This document shows, one piece after another, positions 38,867 to 51,398 of a DNA stretch of 64,000 nt. The notes under the pieces were generated by a model that searched no databases, was not told the origin of the DNA, and saw nothing but the letters and a program-made list of their open reading frames with translations. The translations under genes were made by a program, and so were the position numbers. Source of the stretch: Paraspadella gotoi (lineage: Eukaryota; Animalia; Chaetognatha); assembly GCA_051294375.1 (NCBI GenBank), contig CM119271.1, positions 1,606,721 to 1,670,720 of the forward strand, read 5' to 3'. The first letter of the stretch is position 1, and every line of letters starts with the position of its first letter.

Positions 38867-40681
38867 TGTCTTCTCGCTTCTGGTTCCGATGAGTTGCGAG
38901 TAGCGAAACCGTGAATTAAATTGAACAGTTAGAAGCAGTTAGGAACAGTAAGAAACATAAAAGGTCTCGCGATGCTGTTGTTTTAAGTTATCTTATTGAT
39001 TACTCAGGTCCGATATTTGAGCCTCGTCATCGTTCATCGATAATTAATTACGATAGGAAAGCGTAATTTTTTACATGAGGGTCCCGACGGGTCGACGTGT
39101 ATATTTACATGTGACCGCGCAATTCCAGACGCTCTATAAAGACATTTTTAAAAATTATATATAAAAAAATATTTTTTTTTTTATAAAAGGAATCAATGTG
39201 TCTAAATTTTCTTACAATCGGTCAAGTGGTTTAGGAGATATGACTTTTAAACTTGAGTGTTCAAAAACCAAACCGGAAAATCCACTTTTATCTACGCATG
39301 TTTTTTTTAACTAGATAACCTATAAAATAAAAAAGACTGTCATTGGGGTTGTGAAAAAGCTTTTAACATTCAGATTGCTCAAACACATACTCCAATGTCT
39401 AATATCTGTAAGATGAACCAAAATATCTTATAATAGGAAGATCCTATTCAAATGCAAAAAATTTGCTTTTTAAAATTTGATAATGCTATTGATGAGCACA
39501 TAACTAAGAAAGTAAGTAAGCTGGACTACTTGGAGTTGGAAAATAAAAATTTTTTTATTAAGGTACAAAATCCGAAGTCACTATATCAGATAATTCATCC
39601 ATAGTAGTAAATCATTTTATTTCACTCTTTATTTGAAATTCGTGTAAAAGCTTCAGAATTATAGACCTGTTTTAATAACTTTAAGATCATTATTTAGGAT
39701 GTTTATGTCTATTTTTAATCTACTTCAAGTATTGCAAAATATTAGAAAAAAAAGATTAGTCTTAAATATATCAGATTATTTTAAATTCAGCTTTGCGGTA
39801 TTGTACTTGATTTTAAAAAACCATTGCTCCTCAACGGATAGCCATATTTGTATAAAATTTATGCCAAACTTATCATCTTACAATAAACTTTAAATCACGT
39901 TTAATTTTTTTTTAAATCCAAGTATATAGGGTGATTTTTAAGGTCTGAAATAAAGTGGCGCGTTTTTTTTTTGCACAGGTCTGTATAGGGAGTGGGATTC
40001 CAAACAATCTAGTTCTTTGACCTACTACGCTTGTTGCTTCAATGACACTGGTTTTGTAAAAAAAATATTTTTTGTTGTTTGCAACAGTTCAATGCGCAGG
40101 TGACACTCTGATGAATGTAAAGCTCTCACTGTCTTTTACATTACAAATTGTAATTTTGCAAGGTTTTTTAACTTTTTAATTTTTTAATCTTTTTAAAACT
40201 AAACAAACTAACTTAGCAAAGCAACTATACAGCATTTTGCCTAATCTGTGCCATGGAGAAATTTATTATTGATAACCAAAATATATTATCGTAATGAGCG
40301 GTAATTTCATTGATTCAATTTTACAGATCATAGCATGTCGTCCAAATACCAATGAATATAAACAAGAAAAAACTACTAACTACAAAAAGCTTATCGTTAA
40401 ACGTTATGAATAATGTAACAGGGCAATCATAACACGGCTTATTAAACTAAGTTATAAAAAATTATTCTAGATACGAGCAAATCATTAAATGAATGAGACT
40501 TAATCAAGTCTAATCGGGTATTTCTGGGAACACTTAAAATTTTTAGATTTTACGAATTTTAGTCCGTCGCATTTTTCCGTTTTCTTTTCTCTTGTTTTCT
40601 TTCGTTTTTTCTTGTTTTTTCAGTTTACTTATGTTTTCTTTTGTTTTCTTCCGTTTTGATTTGTTTCCTTTTCTACATTTT

Positions 40682-43600
40682 CTACCAATCTCCGCTTCCG
40701 CTTCCGCTTTCGCTTCCTCCCTTGAACAAAGATTGTGGTTTAATTAATACATAATTAATTAATTACATCATTAATTACATCACACATTATGACATCATGT
40801 ATATCATGTCGTTTATTTTTCACAGTAGAGGGCCGCTCACCGCACCTTTATGTAGTAACTTCGATTATTATCAGTTACCGTAGCAGGAAAAACCCATCAC
40901 AATGTCACAATATGACACATCAAGTAATTTCTGTTACCTCTTCTGAGTCCTCGTCGTCGACGCTCGTATCTCCGCTAAAATCCTAAATGAAATTAGGTCA
41001 TTATCAGTGATAATATCAGTGATAATATCACTATTATATCTCATAAAAAAATGTTATGATAAACGGAAAAATCCCTGTTAATGTTATCTCAAATGTTAAA
41101 TCCCAACAGAGTCATATCACAATCATCTGATTACACACTCAAGTTGCAATATATATGTATAATATTGTATATTCGTAATAATATCATATCAAAATCCTGA
41201 CATAACATATCATAACAAAGTCAAGTCGTAATCTCGACTAATCATAACATAACACAGTCATGCCACAATCACATCAAATATTATCATAATACAGTTATGT
41301 CAGGATCATATCAAATTAAACTATCACAGTAATATCACAGTCATATAAAAATATTTTTACCTCCTCGATTTCGTCGTCGCCGCTTTCACCCTGACAAAGA
41401 TTATTGGGCATTGGGTAGGGATTAATAACATAATAACATTTAAGTAATAATATTATAATAATATAACTATTATATATAATAATATTATTATATCTCTTTT
41501 ATTTATAACAGCTTGAATACAAAATGTACGGAATGACTCATTCCATTTTTTAAAGATCGTTATAGTTTTTAAATGCTTTTATCAAATCTTATCTTATCAC
41601 ATCTTATTCTTTTTCCCCAATTCTCACTTCTTCAATTTCCTCATCCACGTTCGAATCTCCGCTGCCGCTTTCGCCCTCATAAATCGAATAGAATTAAGAT
41701 TAGTTTATAATGAAGAGACAGTAATTATTGTTAAATGTTAGTGACAGAACCGTTCAATATATGCAGTCCCTGAGCTTTGGATCAGGCTGTAACACCAAGT
41801 TATAGGCAGGTTAAGCGCCCCGACCCTCTTAACTGCGAGGCGACCACCGGGACTTTTGGATTGGGAAGAGAATGACTTGCCTCCGGCACCAATGGCCGCT
41901 GATGAACGGTTGGTGGATTTTAGTCCACCATAATAACATAACGGGGACAAGATAGCTTATTTATTAAATGAATGGATAATTGTTATATTGGTTGTACCAA
42001 TTTCATAACATTTTACATCACTCTGTACCTGTCACACTCGTTTTAGTCACACATTAACAACACACGACATCATTTGTTCAATTGTTCAATTGTTCAATTG
42101 TTCATATCTCTTTTTTATCACAGATGTTTCACCTCCTCTTTCTCGTCTTCGTCGTCGACGCTGCCGCCGCCGCTGCCGCTGCCGCTGTCGTCGTCATCGC
42201 CGGCACTTTCTGTACTTTCTGATTTATAAATGAAATGTAAAAAAAACAAATGAACTTTTCGGAAATTAAGAATAAAATAACAGCCCATTTACATTTAGTC
42301 TTTCTCAGTCCGAACATTTCCTTCTGTTACTTAACGTGTTTCTGTTTTATAATCCATATGTCAGTCTGGGTCCCCTTCTCTGTCTGTCACTATGGGTCTT
42401 TAAACCGTATCGCTACAGATGGATCTATGATTGATTGAATAATTGATTGGTTCGTGTGCTTACTTGTTTTGTCCGTGAATTGGCAGATGTGTCGCAAATT
42501 GCTTCTGCAGTCGACGGTGCCGAGTCCCCCGATGAAGACTGCCACGCAATCTTCTCGTCCGGGCTTCCCGCCGAACCACCTCGAATCAAGCAGAAGGATG
42601 AATCAAGCAGTAAACGAATCAATGAATGGGAGATGTCGTTTGCGAACGAATTTAAAGAGAGGAAAAAATAATGAATGGAACTAATGAAAGTATTAAACTA
42701 ATAATGAGTTAAAGATTAATCAAGTTTAGAACAAAATTTAACAATAGCATAGAAAAGCGGTGGAGAAATTCCGAACATTAAGCGGGTAGTACCGAGTAGA
42801 ATTAATCATTCAAATCGATCAAATCGCGACATCGAATCAATTAGTTCGAAAGGACATTTAACCAAACGAAATATACGAATTTGATTAGGTTAGTTTTAAG
42901 AATAAATGGTTTAGGATTTGCTCAGCGAATAAGATTTAGGATTAGGGGATAGAGGTTAGGAATTAGATTATAAATTAAGATTAGGTTACGGATTTAGTAA
43001 GGGATTAGGATTGAATATCAAGCCTTAAATCAAATTGGGGAATTAAATAACAGAAATGGGCACGGTTCCCAAGACAGCCCGGAAAAGAAAATAGAAATAA
43101 CCCATTTTTGAAATACAAAAAAAATGAAAAATATGTTTTTACTACATCGTAGTGAAGTCAAAAAATTCTGATCCAGGCAAGTTTTTTTAAAAAGTTTTGT
43201 TATATTTTTTTATAAAAAAAAAATGAGAAATTAATCAACGACTTTTACATTCTTTGTCAAATTTAACTTAACTATAAATCATTATCTACTGAAAGTGAGC
43301 TTTAATTTGAACCCACTTTTATTATAAAATAGTAAAAATTTGTTAATTACTATGTGAAAGACTTATTTATTTCTTATTTAATAAAAAAACTATAGAAATG
43401 TAACATACTATTGCTTAGCTTCAAAATCAACCTAATTTTAAATTTTTCTTCAACAAATAACTACTATTAAATGCTATGTATAAAATTGTTAAATTGTATA
43501 AAAAATTAGAACAAAACTTTAAAATTCAATTAAAAAAAAACCTGCTTTGATTAAAATTTACTACGACGTAGTAAAAACATATTTTTCATTTTTTTTTGTG

Positions 43601-45481
43601 TTTCAAAAATGGGTTATTTCTATTTTCTTTTATGGGGTGTCTAGGGAACCGTGTGGGGCGAATTTAGAAAATAGCGACCCATTAAAAATGATTCCTTACC
43701 AATTCGAGGATTCGTGAAGCGACTTTCCATCGAGCCAGTCGAATCCGGCGCCGCCGACTCGGACCGCGCCGACGAAGAAGGCGTCGCGCCAGTTCTTGCG
43801 AAACGGCGCCGGGGAGACCTTATTCAGCTTTTTCTGAATATTTTCAGTATTAATTTTAATAATGAATTTAGTTTCAAATGATGATGGTTTAAGGACTGAT
43901 AAACTCATCGAATGTTTTTTAAAATATAATTTTAAAAATGATTTTATAATAATCTTATCAAATGATTTTACAATCGAATTAAATTGTTTTATAAACTAAT
44001 CAATTTTTTTATAATATAATTAAATGAGTTTATAGTCCAATCCAATGATTTTATATTATAATCGAATGATTTGATAATCTACCAAATGATTTTAAAATCT
44101 AATTAAATGATTTTGCAATCTTACCAAATGAATTTATAATCAAATCAAATGATTAAATAATTTGTTTGAATAATTTTATAATCTAATCAAATATTTTTAC
44201 GATCGAATCGCACCTGAACCAATTTGAAGACCATTTTGTCGTGGATGACGATCAATTGTCCACCCAAAAGTCGACAATAGTTGTTTGCGCTGTCAAAGTC
44301 CATCCTTTCCTGAATTGAGAGAAGGAAAGTAGGGGAAAGGAAAGGTAAGTCAAGTGGAGGCACTTGGAGAGGTAACAAGAAATAAAACTAAATTTATTTT
44401 TATTCTTGATCATTACATTATCAATTGAATGTACCTCGTCGAAAAAGTAGCAATTTTTGCCGAAATGGACGTACGGTGGCTGACACCAAGCTGAAAGGAA
44501 AGCATTACTCTTTGTATTTAATGTCATAACTCTTTTAATATTTAAATCTAATTTGGAGAATCAAAAGAAAAAAGTGTAATCGGTAAATATTGTGTGTGCG
44601 ATGTTCTTAACCAAAACTGCAATTAGTCAAGATTTATTTATAATAAAAAGTCATTAAATCCGTAATGATGTAAGCTAAGATGTATGGTTTAAGCAAGCAT
44701 GTCCCATCCATTGACACCCTGCAGGGCCTGCAATGTACCAACCTATGTTCGAATAACCTCTGGCTTTCAAGCTTCTCTTTTTGCGAATCACGTCTCCTCC
44801 TCCTGCGATATTAATTAATTCGGCGAATAAGATTAATAATAGTGAAGCTTATAATCGTCATCTTAGTCTATAAAGGGCATTAATAAATTGCAAATATATT
44901 GATACGTTGATAAAGTAAAAGAAGTAATTTTTGAAATTTTCATACTTACTGTAAGATTTCTTTCCTCTCCTTCCACTTTCAAATTCTCTCTTTCCACTTT
45001 CAAATTCTCTCTTTCCACTTTCCATCTCTCTTTTTCCACTTTCCATTTCCCTCTTGCCGCTTATCATTGCTCTCTTTCCACTTTCCATTTCCCTTTTTCC
45101 ACTTTCGATTATCCTGTTTCCACTTTCAATATTCCTTTTTCCACTTTCCAACTCTCTCTTCCCGCTTTCTATCTTCCTTTTTCCACTTTCTATCTCCCTT
45201 TTCCCGCTTTCAATTTCCCTTTTCCCACTTTCCAACTCTCTCTTTCCACTTTCCAACTCCCTCTTTCCACTCTCCAACTCCCTCTTTCCACTCTCCAACT
45301 CCCTCTTTCCACTCTCCAACTCTCTCTTTCCACTCTCCAACTCCCTCTTTCCACTCTCCAACTCTCTCTTTCCACTCTCCAACTCCCTCTTTCCACTTTC
45401 AACTTTCCACTTGGCTTCAGCCGCGAGATCGCTGGCGGCAAAAATCAAAATGGCCGCCGCGAAAAACGATGGAAATTTCAT
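40682..45481 (-). CDS. Secreted chimeric protein C (~405 aa): signal peptide, 21x (x-x-E-S-G-K-R) prohormone-like repeats, RKKR, degenerate CTLD, acidic Ser-Gly-rich tail
   Basis: 11 phase-consistent exons: 45481-44950, 44802-44758, 44490-44435, 44309-44214, 43833-43700, 42579-42464, 42209-42133, 41675-41628, 41390-41361, 40982-40938, 40720-40682 (1218 nt). CTLD motifs: CQPPYVHFGKNCY, ANNYC..GGQL, WRDAFFVGA..FDWLDG, C..C..HICQ. Confidence 0.85.
41711..41899 (-). mobile_element. tRNA-derived SINE-like family 1, second copy (B-box deleted)
   Basis: Colinear with 6713-6913 but lacking the gctagaaccc segment. Confidence 0.75.
43061..43653. mobile_element. MITE with ~95-bp TIRs, CACGG...CCGTG termini and 4-bp TSD (TGGG); Chapaev (CMC)-like
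   Basis: Left arm cacggttccc..tttttactacatcgtagt mirrors right arm actacgacgtagtaaaaa..gggaaccgtg, with TGGG on both sides. Removing the element restores a motif seen intact at ~33345-33372. Confidence 0.85.
44966..45406 (-). repeat. Coding 21-bp minisatellite, 21 units (consensus GAGTTGGARAGTGGAAAGAGR = ELESGKR)
   Basis: 441 bp = 21 x 21 nt with no indels, counted directly. Confidence 0.97.
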
Positions 45482-46346
45482 CTTTGGTTTTATTAATTTA
45501 TCAATTTTTTTCCCCGAAATGTCGCTGATGAGAGTTTGTTGAGGCGGAGAGACGTTAAATGAAATTAATCTCGATTTGAGACAAAAGATCATTCGACAAT
45601 TAGATCGTCAAACGTGAGACACGAAAAATAATGAAGGCTCTTCTCTACATGTTGAGTAGAAAAAATAAACCTGGTCCATTCTCTTTGTATATTTTAAAAT
45701 ACTTTGTTATTATTTTACAAAGAAATACATTGAGGCGACTACAACATATATAAAAAATAAAAATATTTAAACTTTTAAGTATTTTTTTAAAATCAGTATA
45801 CCAGTTTTATCATAGTATATCCCAGTGACCATTTTGGGTATAATATAATAAAAACTTGTATATCTATGAATTAATATTTGTCACTTATAGAATCGAATAT
45901 TTTTTTGAATCAAAACATTTATTTATTTTAATTATTTTACAATGGTATTATCATATTACTTTATAATCTTTATAATAATTATAATCCTCTTGCAGACGTC
46001 GAAGTTTTTCGTGATTACCCTGTAACCAAAAAAAAAGTCATAAATTAATTCGGTTAACGAAAGAAAGTAGATTTTCCCAGTTTTTCGGTTTTTCATGAGG
46101 GTCAATGGATCCGGAACGACGACGACAACAACGACAACGAAAGGTCACGTGACGAGAAAGAGATTGCGATCGATTGCAGTTGATTGCAATCGATCGATTA
46201 AATGAAAAACTAATATTGATTATAATTTAATCACCAAATTCCATTATTCGCTTCAAATTTGCTTAATTGCGTAATTTCGTTTCCTCACGCCTCTTAATAC
46301 GTCACTGGATTAATTGAATTATAATATAATCGAAATCAGTTGAGAT

Positions 46347-46626
46347 TGTGGATAAGGCGTTAAGTGGGCTGAAGTTGAACAACCGTAACTATAACCCCCA
46401 CTAACATTAAGGAACGGGTCCTGGGCTTGGAACCAGGCTTGAGGGTTTGCCACGCCCCGAAGGCGGCTTACGGCCGTCCTCACGCTTCCCGCAGGGTAGG
46501 TACCGGGTTGGGATTGAACCCGGTACCTAGTGGTCATGAGCTGATGGCTTTACTCAATGAGTCACCGGGTCACAACTTAAAGTGTCATGCTTATAGGCGT
46601 GGTGAACCTAAGCAATGCCCGACGAC
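46347..46626 (-). mobile_element. tRNA-derived SINE-like family 2, second copy
   Basis: The minus strand has A-box-like TGACTCATTGAG and B-box GGTTCAATCCC, and is colinear with 28914-29198. Confidence 0.65.
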
Positions 46627-47641
46627 AAGATAAATTCTGAACCTCGACTTTAATAAAAACCCAGGGCGGCGAGTGACGGTGACTTTTTGGCTTTTCATTG
46701 GAGAGATCAAATATCGAGACTAAACAGAGAAAGCGGCACGAAGGAGAGTGAGAAAGAGAGAGTGAGAGAGTGAGAGAGTGAGAGAGTGATGGAGAAAGAG
46801 AGAGAGAGTCAGTGGCTCGCTTCATTTAGATCGCTCATCACAAGTAAATTGAAAAACAAACTTTGACTGACGAGGAAACTGACGCTTGTCTTTTGTTAAT
46901 TTTTTTGATTTAACGCCTCGCGGCAGAACTGGTCTTCTCTGATTCACTAATTTCTTTTAGTGACAAAAGACCAACGCTAGATTGAGAATAATAAAATTAG
47001 GACTTCTGGCGTTTTTTTGCCTTTGATAATTGGCAACTAAAACAAGGGAGTGGTCCTTTTATACAATTAAAACATTATTTGAGTTATTATACCACTTCAT
47101 TTAGAGGAATGGGAGTGAATAGGAGTGAATAAATGAGACAGAGAAAGCTTGCAGAGACCTGCTGTCATTAAACTGCTGGCCTTAAACCACCATAGCATGT
47201 CCAAAGTCAGGGTCAAAATAGCTTATTTATTAGAATGAATAATTTTATAATGGTTATACCAATTTCATTCCAATATACATATAAATCAATAATTTCAAAT
47301 TAAAATACTAATTGCAATCACAATTTCGTTTAGTTTTTAAGGTCGAACTTACAATTATTGATATTATTTATATCTTCGCTTTTATAAAGACTTCTTTATC
47401 TTTTTCGTTGTCGCCTCTTTCTCCGTTGACGTCTTTTCACAACAACAACAACAAAGAAATATAAAATAACAATAATCTTTCATGTTCCCAAGACGAGATT
47501 TCCCATGGAACGGCGTATAATTTCTTCTTTCTCCGATCCGGCCGAAAATTACGCCCCCCTTTCCGTTTGGGGCTTAATTTTGACTCCAAGGCGATCATTA
47601 CCTCCGCGTTTCGTGGACACTTACCCCGCCCCCTCGCACGC

Positions 47642-47710
<69 letters not shown>

Positions 47711-48287
47711 CCGCCGCCACGCTTTTTCCCGCCCGTCGTTTCTCGCCTTTCAGATCCAACGCCACATCCTTTCTCGGCCACGCCCACAAAGCGGCTCCAT
47801 GCCGCGAGTTTTATTGCTCGCTTGTCGTCGTTGTCGTCGTCGTTGTCGTCGTCGTTGTCGTCGTCGCAGCAGCCGCGTTTACTCTCACACTCTCTCTCGC
47901 TTTCACCTGTTCATTTTTTTCCTCTTCCTCTNNNNNNNNNNCCTCCTCTTCCTGATTTATCTCTTCCTTCGCCTCTTTTGTCGAATTTGATTTATCGAGT
48001 CAGTGTCAATAATTTTGTTTCATAATTCCTTATCTTTTTCCTTACCCTGCCTTACCTCCGAATTTCTCTCCTTACCATTTAATTCATATCTTTTAATTTT
48101 CCTCGAGTCTCTAAATTTCCTTTATTTTCCTTTAACTTTATTTGATATTGTTTTAATACTCAATATTAACTCGTTGTTCAAGTTAGAATATGATTTATAC
48201 TCTCTCTGATATTAATTCATTTCTTCACCTCTATTTGGAAGTCACTAGCCTAGTCATTTTCTTGTGGCCCCGACAGAAGGGTATCAA

Positions 48288-48332
<45 letters not shown>

Positions 48333-49508
48333 TTTCCTATTATTTATCACCAATGCGGGTAAGGATCGGTGAGAAAGATGAGTGAGATTTATGGACCCTT
48401 TTTTTACGGTCGTCCTCGTCGTCGTCGTCGTTGTTATTATCATGATTTACAGAACAACAACAACAACAACTTTAGACAAAAAATCTCCGTCGGGAATCAA
48501 CCTTCTGTCATTTATTTCTATGTACCATCTGGGATGGTACGAGAACAAGAACAAAAGTTGAACAAAAAATGTAATTATAACTATTTTAAAAATGTGTTGT
48601 TTTATTACTGAAAATTATTCAGTTTTGATCAACTTGTCATCAAAATATTGAAAAAAAGAATTATGTTACTTTGAGTAGACAACCTTTTAGAAGCTATGTG
48701 AATCTACTTTTGAAATTAAACAATTAAAAAAAAAAGATATTTCTTATCTTTAAGTAAATATTAAAAAAAATTAATTACTAGTTCTTGAAGCTTTTTCTAG
48801 AAAATTTTTGTCTATTGAAAACGTTATCAGATATGTATAAAGTTTAATTTAGGAATTTTCCAAAATCAAAATTTTGACCCACCCCATTGACTTCGATCGG
48901 GTCTACCTAGAAGACACTCACCCCACCAGAGTCAAGTCTTGCCAAAACAGAAAAAAATACTAAAAATCTATGAATACAGACTTCACCGCCAGAGGCAAGG
49001 ACGACAACGACGACGGAGACAACAACAACAACAACAAAACCCACTCACCAAAAAAAAAAAACCCCGGAAAATCTGATTTCCCACCAAAAAAATTTATGGG
49101 TTCATTTCTTTCCCTTTTTCTGGTGGTTTAAGGGGGAAAAGGGAAATGCCCCAGTGCCCATCCTGGGAATTTTCCTCCCTCACTTCTCCTCCTCCTCCTC
49201 CTCCTCTCACAGGTTCACGCCCCTTTTTTTCTACGTGATCTACGACCCGGTCGCGGACGACCGCCCCGGCGTGCCGTCTCGGCTGCGGGCGAGGTCATCC
49301 CAGGCGGTCGTCGTGCGAAGGAATCTTCGTGGGGCTGAGGGCAAGGATGAGAGATTTGATTTGAATAGATTCTATTGCACCTGGAATGTTTTATCATTCC
49401 TTAAGGCGACATTAGTTCAACAGTGTGTTACATTAAAATTTTTATGTCTACTACAATTATAGACCGTGAATAAAAGCTTCTTACTGAACAGAACTGTACA
49501 TGTTCAAT

Positions 49509-49583
<75 letters not shown>

Positions 49584-50289
49584 GGAGACAGAGAGAGAGA
49601 GAGAATAAGGGAATGTGTTTGAGTGATGCGCAATAAAATTCCTTGACTCAATCGGATAGGGGCGCCTGTGATCAGTGATAAGAAATGAAGCATAGAGATG
49701 AAAGGAAGATGACCCCTTGAGGTCGGAGATGGCGAATTAGCGGGAAATAAAAAGGGTCAACGGGATGATGAGGATGAGCTAGACTTTGATTAGCATTAAT
49801 TAATTAGGATATAATTATTGCACAGCTTGAGTATTTGTAATCATTGCGCTTCGTGAAAGTCAAAAATTCATGGCTGAGTAAAGATCTTTATTCGACTAAT
49901 TAACAGTATTTATCATTGCTGGTTGTATCGGCGTTAAAACTGAAAAGATGCTATTTGAAATGTTCTTTAAGTTTAAAATATCATGTACTGTTAACAATAT
50001 TGATATTATGTATGACTATTCTGTGATTATCGATTACGTAACAAATATAATTATCGAGCCATGACCGGCGAAGCCGGTTCAGGCTCTATAATGTTTTAGA
50101 TTTGCTTCTTTGTGACGTCGTCGTCGTCGTCGCCGGCGTCGTCGTCGTCGCCGGCGTCGTCGTCGTCGTCGGCGTCACGCTATTTTTATATAAAAACTAC
50201 TATGCTTTTATAGGTTTGGTTGGGCTACTTACCGTTTTTTTTTAATAAAAATTATTATGAATTATGATAAAGTTTTACAAAAGTGTGGC

Positions 50290-50389
50290 NNNNNNNNNNN
50301 NNNNNNNNNNNNNNNNNNNNNNNNNNNNNNNNNNNNNNNNNNNNNNNNNNNNNNNNNNNNNNNNNNNNNNNNNNNNNNNNNNNNNNNNN
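50290..50389. other. Assembly gap (100 N); other gaps at 10653-10662, 31976-31987, 47932-47941, 63054-63078 and 63509-63690
   Basis: Runs of n. Confidence 0.99.
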
Positions 50390-51028
50390 AAACTACATGT
50401 AGTAATCAATGCAATCTTGACTAGTGTATAACAAATTCCCTGAGATTACGTAACAAAATAATTAAGTAGAGAAATCAAACTAATTCCCTTCATTTATGAT
50501 GACCCTCTCTCGCTCACTTCACCCACCGTTGCTACCTTACTGATCAAACTGTTAGAATCCATCGTGAAAACAGAAAAGAAAAAGTCATATAGCGATCGTC
50601 AGCTCTAAACTTTTAACTCGTCCTAATCGTTTCTCGGTCATCTCGTCGTCGTCCGGATCTCGTCGCTCGCGTACGGAAAATAACGGGGAGATGTGACATT
50701 CGATTCATTTGATTTATTACGCTCGATATGTAAAGTTTAACGCAATAACAGTAGAATTGTTAATGATCTGTCATCTGTATATATTTGTATGGAACGAATG
50801 CACCTACAAACCTTTCGTTTATTGGCGCTAGCGTCGTCGTCGTCGTCGTCGTCATCGTTGTCGTCGTCGTTGTCGTCGGAGAAGTAAAGAAGGATGGAAA
50901 AGCCTTTTGTTATCGAAATCGTGATCGTCTTGATCGTCGTCGTCGTCGTCTACATCCTTATCGTTGAATCGTTGAATTTGATCGATCCTGTTTCCGAAGA
51001 AAAAGTCATCGTCCCTGTAATTGTTCGA

Positions 51029-51067
<39 letters not shown>

Positions 51068-51347
51068 TTCACCAAGATGGTCTCCCGATGGAGACAAACA
51101 GCTCAGAGACAAAGTGAAAGGAAGAAGAGGAAGATTAGAGGAGATAAGGGGGGGGCGGTGGAAGGAAGGGAGAAAGGGGAAGAAGAGGGAAAGAGATGGG
51201 AGAAAAAGAAGAGAGAGTCAATACGGAGGAAAAAAGAAAAAGGAGACGAGCGAGGCGGTAAGGAAGAAAGATGATGAGTTTTTAGTCGCTATGGAAACGG
51301 AAAAGAGAAGAAAAGAGAGGGCGGGAGGGAGAGAGAGATTGAGAGAT

Positions 51348-51398
<51 letters not shown>

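Noticed and set aside
44966-45406. Regular repeats as a CRISPR array
   Set aside because: The units are contiguous with no unique spacers, the context is a eukaryotic coding exon, and there are no cas genes.
45054-45542. Plus-strand ORFs with (LFPLSNS)n and (SFHSPTP)n repeats
   Set aside because: They are antisense shadows of the ELESGKR repeat; the signal peptide and splice sites are on the minus strand.
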